This document shows, piece by piece, positions 16,725 to 25,212 of a DNA stretch of 48,369 nt. Position numbers and translations under genes: made by a program. Numbering within the stretch: position 1 is the stretch's first letter; each line of letters starts with the position of its first letter. The notes under the pieces are model-generated. The model worked only from the letters and a program-made list of their open reading frames with translations. It did not search any database and was not told the origin of the DNA. This DNA comes from an uncultured Treponemataceae bacterium. Lineage in GTDB: Bacteria; Spirochaetota; Spirochaetia; Treponematales; Treponemataceae. The stretch covers positions 1 through 48,369 of the forward strand of contig CAYJMR010000001.1 of the NCBI GenBank assembly GCA_964371375.1, written 5' to 3'.

Positions 16725-16760
16725 TATAACACATATTTAAAATAAAATCTATGTGTTATA
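16725..16760. promoter_or_regulatory. 11-bp perfect inverted repeat overlapping the predicted promoter of the beta-barrel/OmpA operon
   Basis: TATAACACATA (16725..16735) and TATGTGTTATA (16750..16760) are separated by 14 bp. On the minus strand the promoter-proximal arm contains TGtTATACT, an extended -10. Confidence 0.35.
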
Positions 16761-16776
16761 TAGTAAGAAAATAGGC

Positions 16777-16806
16777 AAAAAAAACTGCCATGCTTTGCAT
16801 GGCAGT
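16777..16806 (-). terminator. rho-independent terminator of ptsI
   Basis: Perfect 10-bp stem ACTGCCATGC / GCATGGCAGT (16784..16793 / 16797..16806) with a 3-nt loop. Followed on the minus strand by T8. Confidence 0.75.
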
Positions 16807-16813
16807 CATAACT

Positions 16814-18451
16814 TTATTTTGTCGACATGGACCTAATAAGTTTTTTTATTTTTAGAATTAAAATTGGGCTCATACTAAATTCTTTTAAGCCGCTTTTTAA
16901 TAGAATTTCGGTGAAGTCACTGTTTCCAGCCATTTCTCCGCAAATATCTACTGCTATACCTGCCTTTTCACCCACAGAAATAACATGTTTAATTAAACTT
17001 ATAACAGCAGGATGACCTTCATCATATAAATCAGAAATTGCATCATTACCCCTATCAACAGCCAATGTGTACTGGGTTAAATCATTTGTACCGATGCTAA
17101 AAAAGTCAGAAACCGTGGCTAGTTCCTCTGCATTAACAGCTGCGGCAGGGGTTTCAATCATAATACCAACAGGAACATCTTTGATCGGAATACCTTCTTT
17201 TTTCAAATCTTGTGCTACTTCGTCAATAATTTTTTTTGATTGAATAACCTCTTCTTTAGAAATAATCATTGGAATCATTATCTTTAAATTTCCATAATGA
17301 CTGGCTCTCAAAAGTGCTCGTATTTGTGTTTTAAATACATCAGGTCTTTTTAGACAATAGCGAATTGCTCTCCATCCTAAGAAAGGATTTTCTTCTTTTG
17401 GAATACCAAGTGCTTCAACTTCTTTATCTCCACCTGCATCTAAAGTTCTAAAGATTACTGGCTTATCTTCAAGAGCTGAGACTACTTTTTTATATGCTTT
17501 AAATTGTTCTTCTTCGGTTGGAAGGCGATTGCCTCCATTTTCCATAAACAAAAACTCTGTTCTAAACAAACCAATGCCGTCTGCGTTATTTTCTAAAACA
17601 CCATCAATTTCTTGCGTTGTACCAATGTTTGCAAATAAGGTAATATGTTTGCCATCTGTTGTAACTGCTTCTTCATGGAGAAGTTTTTTCATTTCTTCAC
17701 GTTCTTCTTGTTTTTGCTTTATGTTATTTTCATAGGCTTTGATAAGCGGCTCTGATGGATTGATATATACCGATCCCGTAGCACCATCAATAGCACAGAA
17801 ATCTTGTGCTTTCAAAACATTTTCTATGTCTTTTATACCTGAAATCATAGGTATACCCATTGCACGCGAAATAATTGCAGCATGAGATGTGCGGCTTCCT
17901 GTTTCTAAAACAAAGCCTTGTAAAAGCTTCTTATCAACCTTTGCCATGTCGGCAGGTCCAATTTCTTTCGCGGCTAAAAGGAAAGGTTCTTTAAGAGACG
18001 CAGAACCACCTCCTGTTCCGTGCAGTGCACTAAACATCATACGAAATATTTGTTTAAAATCATCTGCTCTTGCTTGAAAATATGGATCATCAATTTCCAG
18101 CATTTTACCTACATAATCTGCACAAATATATGATAATGCACTTTCAACTGTTACAAGCTCATTTGTCATATATGCTTCGATTTCCTTTATAAGTTCTTCA
18201 TCATATAACATTTCCAAATAGCACTCAAAGACCTCGTTTTGTTCTTCGCTTCCTTCTTGGACTGCACCTGCTATAAGGCCTTTGATTTCTTCAATTGCTC
18301 CATCAAGGGCTTTTTTGAACTTGCCTTTTTCAATATCAAGTTCTTGCGCATCAATTCCTTTTTTATCATAATCTAATGATTCTACTGTCAATATCAGTAT
18401 TTTTCCTAACGCTTGCCCATCTGAAACAGGGACCCCTTTAATTTCATTCAT
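16814..18451 (-). CDS. ptsI: phosphoenolpyruvate-protein phosphotransferase (PTS enzyme I)
   Basis: 545 aa. Phospho-His region GSRTSHAAIISRAMGIP, PEP-binding motifs FRTEFLF and IGTNDLTQY, and C-terminal CGEMAG. Confidence 0.9.
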   Translation of the reverse strand: MNEIKGVPVSDGQALGKILILTVESLDYDKKGIDAQELDIEKGKFKKALDGAIEEIKGLIAGAVQEGSEEQNEVFECYLEMLYDEELIKEIEAYMTNELVTVESALSYICADYVGKMLEIDDPYFQARADDFKQIFRMMFSALHGTGGGSASLKEPFLLAAKEIGPADMAKVDKKLLQGFVLETGSRTSHAAIISRAMGIPMISGIKDIENVLKAQDFCAIDGATGSVYINPSEPLIKAYENNIKQKQEEREEMKKLLHEEAVTTDGKHITLFANIGTTQEIDGVLENNADGIGLFRTEFLFMENGGNRLPTEEEQFKAYKKVVSALEDKPVIFRTLDAGGDKEVEALGIPKEENPFLGWRAIRYCLKRPDVFKTQIRALLRASHYGNLKIMIPMIISKEEVIQSKKIIDEVAQDLKKEGIPIKDVPVGIMIETPAAAVNAEELATVSDFFSIGTNDLTQYTLAVDRGNDAISDLYDEGHPAVISLIKHVISVGEKAGIAVDICGEMAGNSDFTEILLKSGLKEFSMSPILILKIKKLIRSMSTK

Positions 18452-18496
18452 AATTTCTCCTTACAATTCATATTATATACCAAAAAGGTGTTGTTT

Positions 18497-19351
18497 TTAC
18501 TCTTCATTCAAATTGACAAACTGACCTACGGCTTCTGAAAAGCCACCTTCATCATTTGTCTTGCTCGTAATATATTGAGATACTTTTTTAGCCTCTTCAT
18601 CGCCATTTTTCATACAAGCAGAAAATCCGGCTGTCGATAGCATGCTGACATCATTTTTATGATCGCCAATCACAAGTACATTTTCTAGTGGTATGTTTAA
18701 GTATTCTGCAAGCTTTTTTACGGCAATCCCTTTTGATGTTTCGGCATTCATTACATCTATTACGATATCCATCGATGGGACCGCATAGACGCTTGGTAGT
18801 GTTTGCAAAAGGCTGTTGGCACTTTCTAAATCTGAGCCATGCAATTCAGTTATCAATATTTTTGAAATCTTTTTTTTGCCTGTTGTAATATCAGTATAAT
18901 TATCTATGATTTTTTTACATGGAACACTTGGGGAACCACCTTTTGTGGCAAGTGTGTTATATGCATGAAAAATTTCAATTCTTTTACTGAACTCTGTAAA
19001 ATATACGGTATCAATATCGTATAAGAGTATATCCATATTTCGTTCAAGGGAAAAGTCTATAATTGTTTTTAAGCTTTTTAGTTCTAAATGGCTGCTAAAA
19101 ATTGTTTTATTGCTTTTAATGTCCTGTACAAGTCCACCGTTTGAGCTTATTAGTTGAGATGAAATATCCAGTTGGCGAAGATATTCGTGAACCATAAAGT
19201 GGGGTCGACCAGTGCATAGCACAACGGGTATGTTTTTTTTGTGTAGTTTATGTACGGTTTCAATGTTAATGGAGGGTATTACTTTGTCGTTACTCAAAAG
19301 GGTTCCGTCCATATCTGTTACAATTAGTTTTATTTCTTTATTATGACTCAT
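18497..19351 (-). CDS. Cof-type HAD-IIB family hydrolase (sugar-phosphate phosphatase-like)
   Basis: 284 aa. Motif I is VTDMDGTLL. Also TGR and a C-terminal GDHKNDVSM motif. Directly abuts the gntR stop. Confidence 0.8.
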   Translation of the reverse strand: MSHNKEIKLIVTDMDGTLLSNDKVIPSINIETVHKLHKKNIPVVLCTGRPHFMVHEYLRQLDISSQLISSNGGLVQDIKSNKTIFSSHLELKSLKTIIDFSLERNMDILLYDIDTVYFTEFSKRIEIFHAYNTLATKGGSPSVPCKKIIDNYTDITTGKKKISKILITELHGSDLESANSLLQTLPSVYAVPSMDIVIDVMNAETSKGIAVKKLAEYLNIPLENVLVIGDHKNDVSMLSTAGFSACMKNGDEEAKKVSQYITSKTNDEGGFSEAVGQFVNLNEE

Positions 19352-20089
19352 TTATTCTATGCCTCCGTGGTCACTGGTTTTATGTTTGCTTTGAAGGCTT
19401 GTAATTACTTTTTCAATGTCTTCTAAGTGTTTTTTCATCGTTCTTGCTGCTTCTGTTGGGTTTCTGTTGGCGATGGCCTCATATATTTTGTTGTGAAATT
19501 TTGAAGAATGTTCAAACATGTCTATTTTTGTAGATGCTAATTGCTGCTGTCCTAAAAGACTTTCTCGCATTGAGTCAAAGAAGCCTAATAATATAGTGTT
19601 ATGACTGGCTAAAACAATTGACCTATGAAAATCTGTGTCTGCATCGTGAAGGGCATCTACTTCTTCACTGTCCTCTGATAACTGTTTTTGTATTGTGTGT
19701 TCTCTTTTTTCCTTGCAAGCGAGGATATTCTCTAAATCCTGCGCTGTGGCAAATTGAGCAGCAAGTTTTGCGGCTTCAGGTTCAATTGTTATGCGTGCTT
19801 GTAAAATTTCTATGCTAGAAATATCTTTGCCGCCAAGATATGAATGGGCAGGAAAGGGGTCCTCGTTTGAGATGACATATGTTCCCCCACCTCGTTTTGT
19901 TTCAAGGAATCCTGCATTACATAAGGCTCTTAATGATTCTCGCAATGTAAGTCTACTTATGTTTAGCTGCGATGATAAATCACGCTCGCTAGCCAAGCGG
20001 GAGCCCAGAGGAATTTTTCCAGAAGTTATTTCGCTTAAGAGAAATGTGTATGCCTTTTCAGCTTTTGTATTATTATTTCGCCGTAGCAT
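19352..20089 (-). CDS. GntR-family transcriptional regulator, FadR subfamily (wHTH + FCD domain)
   Basis: 245 aa. The N-terminal region ...GSRLASERDLSSQLNISRLTLRESLRAL... is a GntR winged HTH. The helical C-terminal domain has FHRSIV and MKKHL motifs typical of FCD. Confidence 0.85.
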   Translation of the reverse strand: MLRRNNNTKAEKAYTFLLSEITSGKIPLGSRLASERDLSSQLNISRLTLRESLRALCNAGFLETKRGGGTYVISNEDPFPAHSYLGGKDISSIEILQARITIEPEAAKLAAQFATAQDLENILACKEKREHTIQKQLSEDSEEVDALHDADTDFHRSIVLASHNTILLGFFDSMRESLLGQQQLASTKIDMFEHSSKFHNKIYEAIANRNPTEAARTMKKHLEDIEKVITSLQSKHKTSDHGGIE

Positions 20090-20188
20090 AAAACTCCTAA
20101 AATTTATTGTTTGTAAAGGATGTTCTCATGTTGACTTGCATATTATTTGCATTTTAAATATAATATGGTAAGCATACAGGAGGCACAT

Positions 20189-20452
20189 ATGACTTCACAA
20201 AAAGTTGTTGTACAAAATGAAACCGGATTGCATGCGCGTCCCGGTAAAGACTTTGTAAATTGCGTTAAAACATTTAAATCAGACATTCAAGTAGAGAATG
20301 CAGATGGAAAAAAAGCAAGCGCAACATCCTTATTAAAAATTATGACGCTTGGCATAAAAAAAGGAACTGAAATCACTATCTATGCAGACGGTGAAGATGA
20401 AAAAGAAGCCATTGAACAATTAGTCGAATTAGTAAAAAACCTAAAAGACTAA
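20189..20452 (+). CDS. ptsH: phosphocarrier protein HPr
   Basis: Start moved from 20147 to the ATG at 20189, 5 nt after CAGGAGG. 87 aa. Active-site His in ETGLHARPG. The Ser region is GKKASATSLLKIMTLG. Confidence 0.85.
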   Translation: MTSQKVVVQNETGLHARPGKDFVNCVKTFKSDIQVENADGKKASATSLLKIMTLGIKKGTEITIYADGEDEKEAIEQLVELVKNLKD

Positions 20453-20475
20453 ATTTCTTAATTCTTCTCTACAAT

Positions 20476-20499
20476 AAAAACCGAGCAAGCTCGGTTTTT
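20476..20499. terminator. bidirectional terminator between ptsH and ulaB
   Basis: AAAAACCGAGC-AA-GCTCGGTTTTT, flanked by A-runs and T-runs on both sides and located between convergent genes. Confidence 0.7.
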
Positions 20500-20511
20500 A
20501 TTTTTTAAATG

Positions 20512-20814
20512 CTATTTCTTTAATGTATCTAAAAACCCTGAAGCTTCTAATCTTTCTTTAATTTCTGCCTCAGAAATTACATTTTTTACGCCTACAATTG
20601 TTGTGCCTTTTTCGGCGGCATCTTTAAACATATCTACAAAGTTTAAAGGGCAAAAACAAATATTGTAATTCATTGCTGAGCTTTTTCCTTCAGATAAGGC
20701 ACAGTGATGTATATCTGTTTTTATACCAAGGTCGTTGAAAACCTTTTCGACTCTCATTTTCATCATTAAGCTTGTGCCAGCGCCATTAGCGCATGAAACT
20801 ATAACTTTTACCAC
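20512..20814 (-). CDS. ulaB: PTS ascorbate-family EIIB component
   Basis: 100 aa. The N-terminal MVKVIVSCANGAGTSLMMKMRV carries the active-site Cys in the position seen in UlaB/SgaB-type IIB proteins. Confidence 0.8.
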   Translation of the reverse strand: MVKVIVSCANGAGTSLMMKMRVEKVFNDLGIKTDIHHCALSEGKSSAMNYNICFCPLNFVDMFKDAAEKGTTIVGVKNVISEAEIKERLEASGFLDTLKK

Positions 20815-20867
20815 TTTTTGCTCCTATTGGAATTGTGTTAATAAATACGTCTTTAGAGACGCAAAGT

Positions 20868-20899
20868 GTAGTTTTAAGGGCCAAAGCCCTTAAAACTAC
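20868..20899. other. perfect 14-bp intercistronic stem-loop between ulaA and ulaB
   Basis: GTAGTTTTAAGGGC-CAAA-GCCCTTAAAACTAC. No U-tract follows on the transcribed (minus) strand, so this is not a canonical terminator. Confidence 0.5.
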
Positions 20900-20908
20900 A
20901 TGGTATAA

Positions 20909-22363
20909 TTATGAAATACCTTTTTCTTTTTTATATTGTTCGTAATCGTCAGTAACCATAAAGTAAGTTTTTTTGTTTCTGGCGTACATGATTTGAGGAA
21001 TTGCAAGCATTCCAATAACAACGATTGCTACACCGATGTAACCGAGGTACTTCATAAGTACTGTGGCTGCAGGCCAAATAACTGCCCAGTCCCACATTCC
21101 GAGGTATCCACCGAAGGCTGCAAGTCCAACCCAGTGCGCAATGAATGCTGAACCGAATACTTGACAAATACCTGAGATAAATGGAAGGATACAAGCTGCT
21201 CTAACACCACCTTTGTTATTTGCATAAACAGCGATAGTTGCATTATCAAAGAATACAGGTACGAATCCAGCAATAACCAATACAGGGCTGTTAACTAAAA
21301 TAAGAACAAGGATTGATAGGAATTGTCCAAGAGCACCGAATAAGAAACCGATTGTTACTGCGTTTGGTGAACCAAATCCGTAAGCTGCGGCACAGTCGAT
21401 ACCAGGTACAGCACCCGGAAGAATCTTTGTTGAAATACCTTGGAAAGAGTGAGTTAATTCTGTTACGAATGTTCGTACACCTAATTGAAGAATTGCTAGA
21501 TATACAGCAAAGTTCAAACAAGTTTTAAGTACGTAGAAGAAGAAACTTTCTCCTGCTTTCATAAATCCAGATGCCATTAGGTAGTCTTGTCCAAGAATTA
21601 CTAAAATTGTACCAAAGAATGCAAGCATCAAAATTGATGTAGCAACCATGTTTTCGTTAAAAATTGATAAAAATCCAGGGAAACGAAGGTCTTCAAGTTT
21701 TTTCTTGTTTTTGCCACCTATTTTTTCAGCAATCATTGAAAAAATCTTTAATCCAAACATTTGTTGGTGAGCAATACAAAATCCACCGCCATCTGTTAAT
21801 TCTTGTGAAATTTCAACAGTCATGTTAGATCCAACTGCCCAGTAAACACCAAGAACAATACTCATTAAAATAAGGATTGGTGTGTCACCAAGTTGTGGGA
21901 AACAGAACAAAATGAGCCAAAAAGCTGTGGCTGCTTGTTGCATTTGTACGTGACCTGTTGTGAAAATTGAACGAATTTTTGTAACTTTTCTGAATGCTAC
22001 AAGTACAATGTTCAAAATAAAAGCAATAAGAAGAAGAATCATAACTTGTGAAAAAGATTGACCTACTCTTTCCATCGCTGCTTGAACGGCATTTTGACCA
22101 AAGTAAGGGTCAATAACCATGGCGTCTAATTGGAATCGATCTTTTAGCCCAACTAAAATAGGTCTAAAGTTTCCAACAAGTCCACCTGATCCAACGCTCA
22201 AAATTAAGAAACCAACAACTGCTTTTAAGAACCCAGCCAAGCAGTCATACCAAGGTTTACGGAGAAGGGCATACCCTATTAAAACCATAAAACCGATAAA
22301 CATAGCCGGTTGTGTAAGAATGTTTTGAACAATAAAGGTCCAAATTCCAGATAAAATTTGCAT
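20909..22363 (-). CDS. ulaA: PTS ascorbate-family EIIC permease (UlaA/SgaT)
   Basis: 484 aa with more than 10 TM segments. Alignable by eye to E. coli UlaA as I recall it (…GHVQMQQA…, …DGGGFCIAHQQMF…, …PGAVPGIDCAA…). Confidence 0.85.
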   Translation of the reverse strand: MQILSGIWTFIVQNILTQPAMFIGFMVLIGYALLRKPWYDCLAGFLKAVVGFLILSVGSGGLVGNFRPILVGLKDRFQLDAMVIDPYFGQNAVQAAMERVGQSFSQVMILLLIAFILNIVLVAFRKVTKIRSIFTTGHVQMQQAATAFWLILFCFPQLGDTPILILMSIVLGVYWAVGSNMTVEISQELTDGGGFCIAHQQMFGLKIFSMIAEKIGGKNKKKLEDLRFPGFLSIFNENMVATSILMLAFFGTILVILGQDYLMASGFMKAGESFFFYVLKTCLNFAVYLAILQLGVRTFVTELTHSFQGISTKILPGAVPGIDCAAAYGFGSPNAVTIGFLFGALGQFLSILVLILVNSPVLVIAGFVPVFFDNATIAVYANNKGGVRAACILPFISGICQVFGSAFIAHWVGLAAFGGYLGMWDWAVIWPAATVLMKYLGYIGVAIVVIGMLAIPQIMYARNKKTYFMVTDDYEQYKKEKGIS

Positions 22364-22436
22364 AAAGCCTCCTTTGTGTTTTGCTATGCATTTTTTTATT
22401 TTACTGAGATCCTATCTCAGTTGAGCACGATCTACC

Positions 22437-22880
22437 TTAAAAAAGGTTTAATATTTCTTCTGCTGATAAGTCTTCTTTAATTAATTTGTTTAAATTTTCT
22501 TCATTGTCAAGGAAGTCTGCTAACTCCATGATGGCGTCTTGGTGCCCATCTGCATCTTCTGCAGCAAGGGTAAAAGAAAGATACACTGGCTCGTCAGTTT
22601 CATGAAGTGCTACGCCTTGGCGGATTTTCAAAAAGCTCATTCCTTTTTTTAGTGCTCCGTCTTCAGGGCGAGCATGCGGCATCATAACGCCGTCGGTAAG
22701 TAAAACATACGGCCCGAGCTCTTTAATGTTCGAAATAATTTTTTCAACGTATCGTTGTTCAATATTCTTTTTTTCTACTAAAGGTTGAGAACAGATTTTT
22801 ACAGCATCCTCCCAATCTTTTACAGAATCGACAATATTTATATTGTTTTTTAGCCATTCTTTTAACATACCCATTTGCAT
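22437..22880 (-). CDS. ulaC: PTS EIIA component (PTS_EIIA_2, ascorbate type)
   Basis: 147 aa. Phosphorylatable His in VMMPHARPEDG. Overall similarity to UlaC/SgaA. Confidence 0.8.
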   Translation of the reverse strand: MQMGMLKEWLKNNINIVDSVKDWEDAVKICSQPLVEKKNIEQRYVEKIISNIKELGPYVLLTDGVMMPHARPEDGALKKGMSFLKIRQGVALHETDEPVYLSFTLAAEDADGHQDAIMELADFLDNEENLNKLIKEDLSAEEILNLF

Positions 22881-22900
22881 TTCCTTTTAAAATATGATAT

Positions 22901-22917
22901 AATTGGTATTACCAATT
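22901..22917. promoter_or_regulatory. candidate GntR/FadR-type operator (AATTGGTA-T-TACCAATT)
   Basis: Perfect 8+1+8 palindrome whose core TGGTATTACCA fits the FadR-subfamily t.GT.n3.AC.a pattern. Begins 7 nt downstream of the predicted -10 of the ulaCAB promoter. Confidence 0.45.
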
Positions 22918-22924
22918 TAAGCTT

Positions 22925-22953
22925 ATTATCGCATGATTACGAAAAATTTGCAA
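22925..22953 (-). promoter_or_regulatory. extended -10 promoter (TTGCAA-17-TGcGATAAT) for ulaC-ulaA-ulaB
   Basis: Minus strand has TTGCAA (22953..22948), a 17-nt spacer, GATAAT (22930..22925) preceded by TGC. Confidence 0.45.
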
Positions 22954-23119
22954 GGAAAATTCTTAGGTTTTTTATATTTTTTTTAATTTTATGTGATAAA
23001 TATTTAGTTGTACGTAAAAGAAAACAAAGAGAAAGGCGATGTTTTCGCTAGCAGTTTTAGGGCGTTGCTGTTAATCTGCAAATATGTTTTCTTAATTAAT
23101 ATACTTTAAAGGAGTATTT

Positions 23120-24178
23120 ATGAGTAAAATTGATTCTATCACTCGTGAATCTTGGATTTTGGGAGCTTTCCCAGAATGGGGTACTTGGCTCAATGAAGAA
23201 ATTGATGCAGAAGAAGTTAAAAAAGGCACCTTTGCAATGTGGTGGATTGGATGTACCGGTCTTTGGGTAAAATCTGAAGGAAATACAAACATTGCGATTG
23301 ACCTTTGGTTTGGTAACGGAAAAAGAACAAAGAAAAACAAAGAAATGGAAAAATATCACCAAATGCGAAATATGACAGGCGGTGTTATGACTCAGCCGAA
23401 CTTGAGAGCTGCACCAATTGTTTATGATCCATTTGCAGTTACAAAAGTTGATGCTGTACTATCAACTCACTATCACAATGACCATATTGACCCTTTCTTC
23501 GCAGCTGCGGTAATGAAAAACTGTGATGCAAATGTTCCTTTTATTGGACCACAAAAAAGCGTAGAAAAATGGTTGTCTTACGGAGTTCCTGCTGACCGAT
23601 GTAAAGTTGTGAAACCTGGCGATGTTGTAAAAGTTGGGGATACAGAAATTGTTATTTTAGACAGCTTTGACAGAACTTGTTTGGTAACAGATGAAAAAGA
23701 CCTTGCAGGAATTTGTCCTACAGATATGGATGAAAAAGCTGTAAACTATCTAATTAAAACTCCTGCAGGAAGCATTTATCATAGTGGAGATTCTCACTAT
23801 TCAACATACTATGCAAAACATGGTCAGGATCATAAAATTGATGTTGCTCTTGGATCATTTGGAGAAAATCCAGCTGGTAACCAAGATAAGATGACTTCTA
23901 TTGATATCTTACGTATGGCAGAAGCATTGAACTGTAAAGTTGTAATTCCTTTCCATTACGATGTATGGACAAACTTTAAAGCAGATCCAGCAGAAATAAA
24001 CATGTTATATGAATTCAAAAAATATACACTTCAATACAAGTTTGTTCCATTTATATGGGATGTTGGTGGAAAGTTTGTGTATCCGGATGATAAAGATAAG
24101 AGAATGTATCATTATAGAAGAGGCTTTGAAGATGCTTTTACAGAAGAGCCAAATGTTCCATTTAGATCAATTCTTTAG
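23120..24178 (+). CDS. ulaG: L-ascorbate-6-phosphate lactonase (metallo-beta-lactamase fold)
   Basis: 352 aa. Near-colinear with E. coli UlaG as I recall it: [50 protein letters not shown], ending PF.SIL. SD AAAGGAG upstream. Confidence 0.9.
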   Translation: MSKIDSITRESWILGAFPEWGTWLNEEIDAEEVKKGTFAMWWIGCTGLWVKSEGNTNIAIDLWFGNGKRTKKNKEMEKYHQMRNMTGGVMTQPNLRAAPIVYDPFAVTKVDAVLSTHYHNDHIDPFFAAAVMKNCDANVPFIGPQKSVEKWLSYGVPADRCKVVKPGDVVKVGDTEIVILDSFDRTCLVTDEKDLAGICPTDMDEKAVNYLIKTPAGSIYHSGDSHYSTYYAKHGQDHKIDVALGSFGENPAGNQDKMTSIDILRMAEALNCKVVIPFHYDVWTNFKADPAEINMLYEFKKYTLQYKFVPFIWDVGGKFVYPDDKDKRMYHYRRGFEDAFTEEPNVPFRSIL

Positions 24179-24242
24179 TGCAATAATTTGATTAATACGG
24201 CATCGGATGCTCTTTTTAACGGGTGGCGATGCAAAAAAAGGT

Positions 24243-24274
24243 AAAGGGCTGTTCTTGTTAAGGACAGCCTTTTT
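24243..24274 (+). terminator. terminator-like hairpin after ulaG
   Basis: GGCTGT (24247..24252) / ACAGCC (24264..24269), extendable with flanking A/T pairs, followed by T5. Confidence 0.55.
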
Positions 24275-24367
24275 GCAACCTGGTTTCTAAAAAGCTTTTT
24301 TGAACAACAACTGTTGAAAGCGCCAATATATTGAAAGATATTTTGAATGTCTATAAGCGAGGAAAAA

Positions 24368-25210
24368 ATGGAAAAATTTCAAATAGGATTGTACGAAAAA
24401 GCAATCCCGAATGAATATAGCATAATAGAAAAACTTGAACTTGCAAAAGAAATGGGATATGACAACTTAGAATTAAGCATTGACGAAACAGATGAAAAAC
24501 TATCCCGCCTTGAGATGACTGAAACACAAATAGAAAAAATTAAGTTAGCTACGGGGAAAGCTGTTCCTATTGGCTCAATTTGTTTGAGTGCTCATCGAAA
24601 ATATCCTCTTGGCGCAACAGATGCGAAAGTTCAAGAAAGAAGCCTTGAAATTATGGAAAAGGCAGTTGTTTTAGCTAGTAAGTTAGGGGTAAGAGTTATC
24701 CAACTTGCAGGCTATGATGTATATTACGAAGACTCTAGTGCACAAACCCTCAAGGATTTTGAAACAAACTTAAAAAAATGTGTTTTGATGGCAAGTACCT
24801 ATGGTGTTTTACTTGGATTTGAAACAATGGAAACGCCTTTTATGGATACGGTAGAAAAATCTATGAAATATGTAAACCTTATAGATTCACCTTACTTGCA
24901 TGTATATCCCGACTTAGGGAATTTAACGAATGCAAGTAAAAAATACGGACATAATTTACATACCGATATCAGAACTGGAAAAGGTCGTATCATTGCCATG
25001 CATATTAAAGAAACAGTTCCTGGTGTGTATAGGGATATGTTTTACGGCGACGGAGAAGTAGATTTTAATGGAATATGTCCCTTGTTAAAAGAGCTTAATG
25101 TAACAAGGTTTGTTACAGAGTTTTGGGATGATGGCAAAGGGAATCATGAAAAGAGAATAAAAGATGCAAACATATTTATTAGAAATATGCTTGAAAACGG
25201 AGGAATATAA
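24368..25210 (+). CDS. ulaE: L-ribulose-5-phosphate 3-epimerase (xylose-isomerase-like TIM barrel)
   Basis: Start set at the second ATG (24368) because GAGGA lies 6 nt upstream and MEKFQIGLYEKAIP aligns with the UlaE/SgbU N-terminus. The track start at 24347 is the alternative. Motifs include SVDETDE-like LSIDETDEKLSRL, CLSAHRKYPLG, IQLAGYDVYYE. Confidence 0.85.
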   Translation: MEKFQIGLYEKAIPNEYSIIEKLELAKEMGYDNLELSIDETDEKLSRLEMTETQIEKIKLATGKAVPIGSICLSAHRKYPLGATDAKVQERSLEIMEKAVVLASKLGVRVIQLAGYDVYYEDSSAQTLKDFETNLKKCVLMASTYGVLLGFETMETPFMDTVEKSMKYVNLIDSPYLHVYPDLGNLTNASKKYGHNLHTDIRTGKGRIIAMHIKETVPGVYRDMFYGDGEVDFNGICPLLKELNVTRFVTEFWDDGKGNHEKRIKDANIFIRNMLENGGI

Positions 25211-25212
25211 CT

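Noticed and set aside
20090-20188. TGCATATTATTTGCA quasi-palindrome in the gntR/ptsH divergent region, as a GntR autoregulatory operator.
   Set aside because: It is only partially symmetric: the outer TGCA tetramers match but the centre is imperfect. It does not resemble the GT-N3-AC pattern or the perfect palindrome at 22901..22917. Support is too weak to report as a site.
23092-23362. Two overlapping minus-strand ORFs (82 and 88 aa) across the ulaG 5' end.
   Set aside because: They overlap the strongly supported ulaG coding start and its SD, and show no motifs. The region is better explained as the ulaG promoter and N-terminus.
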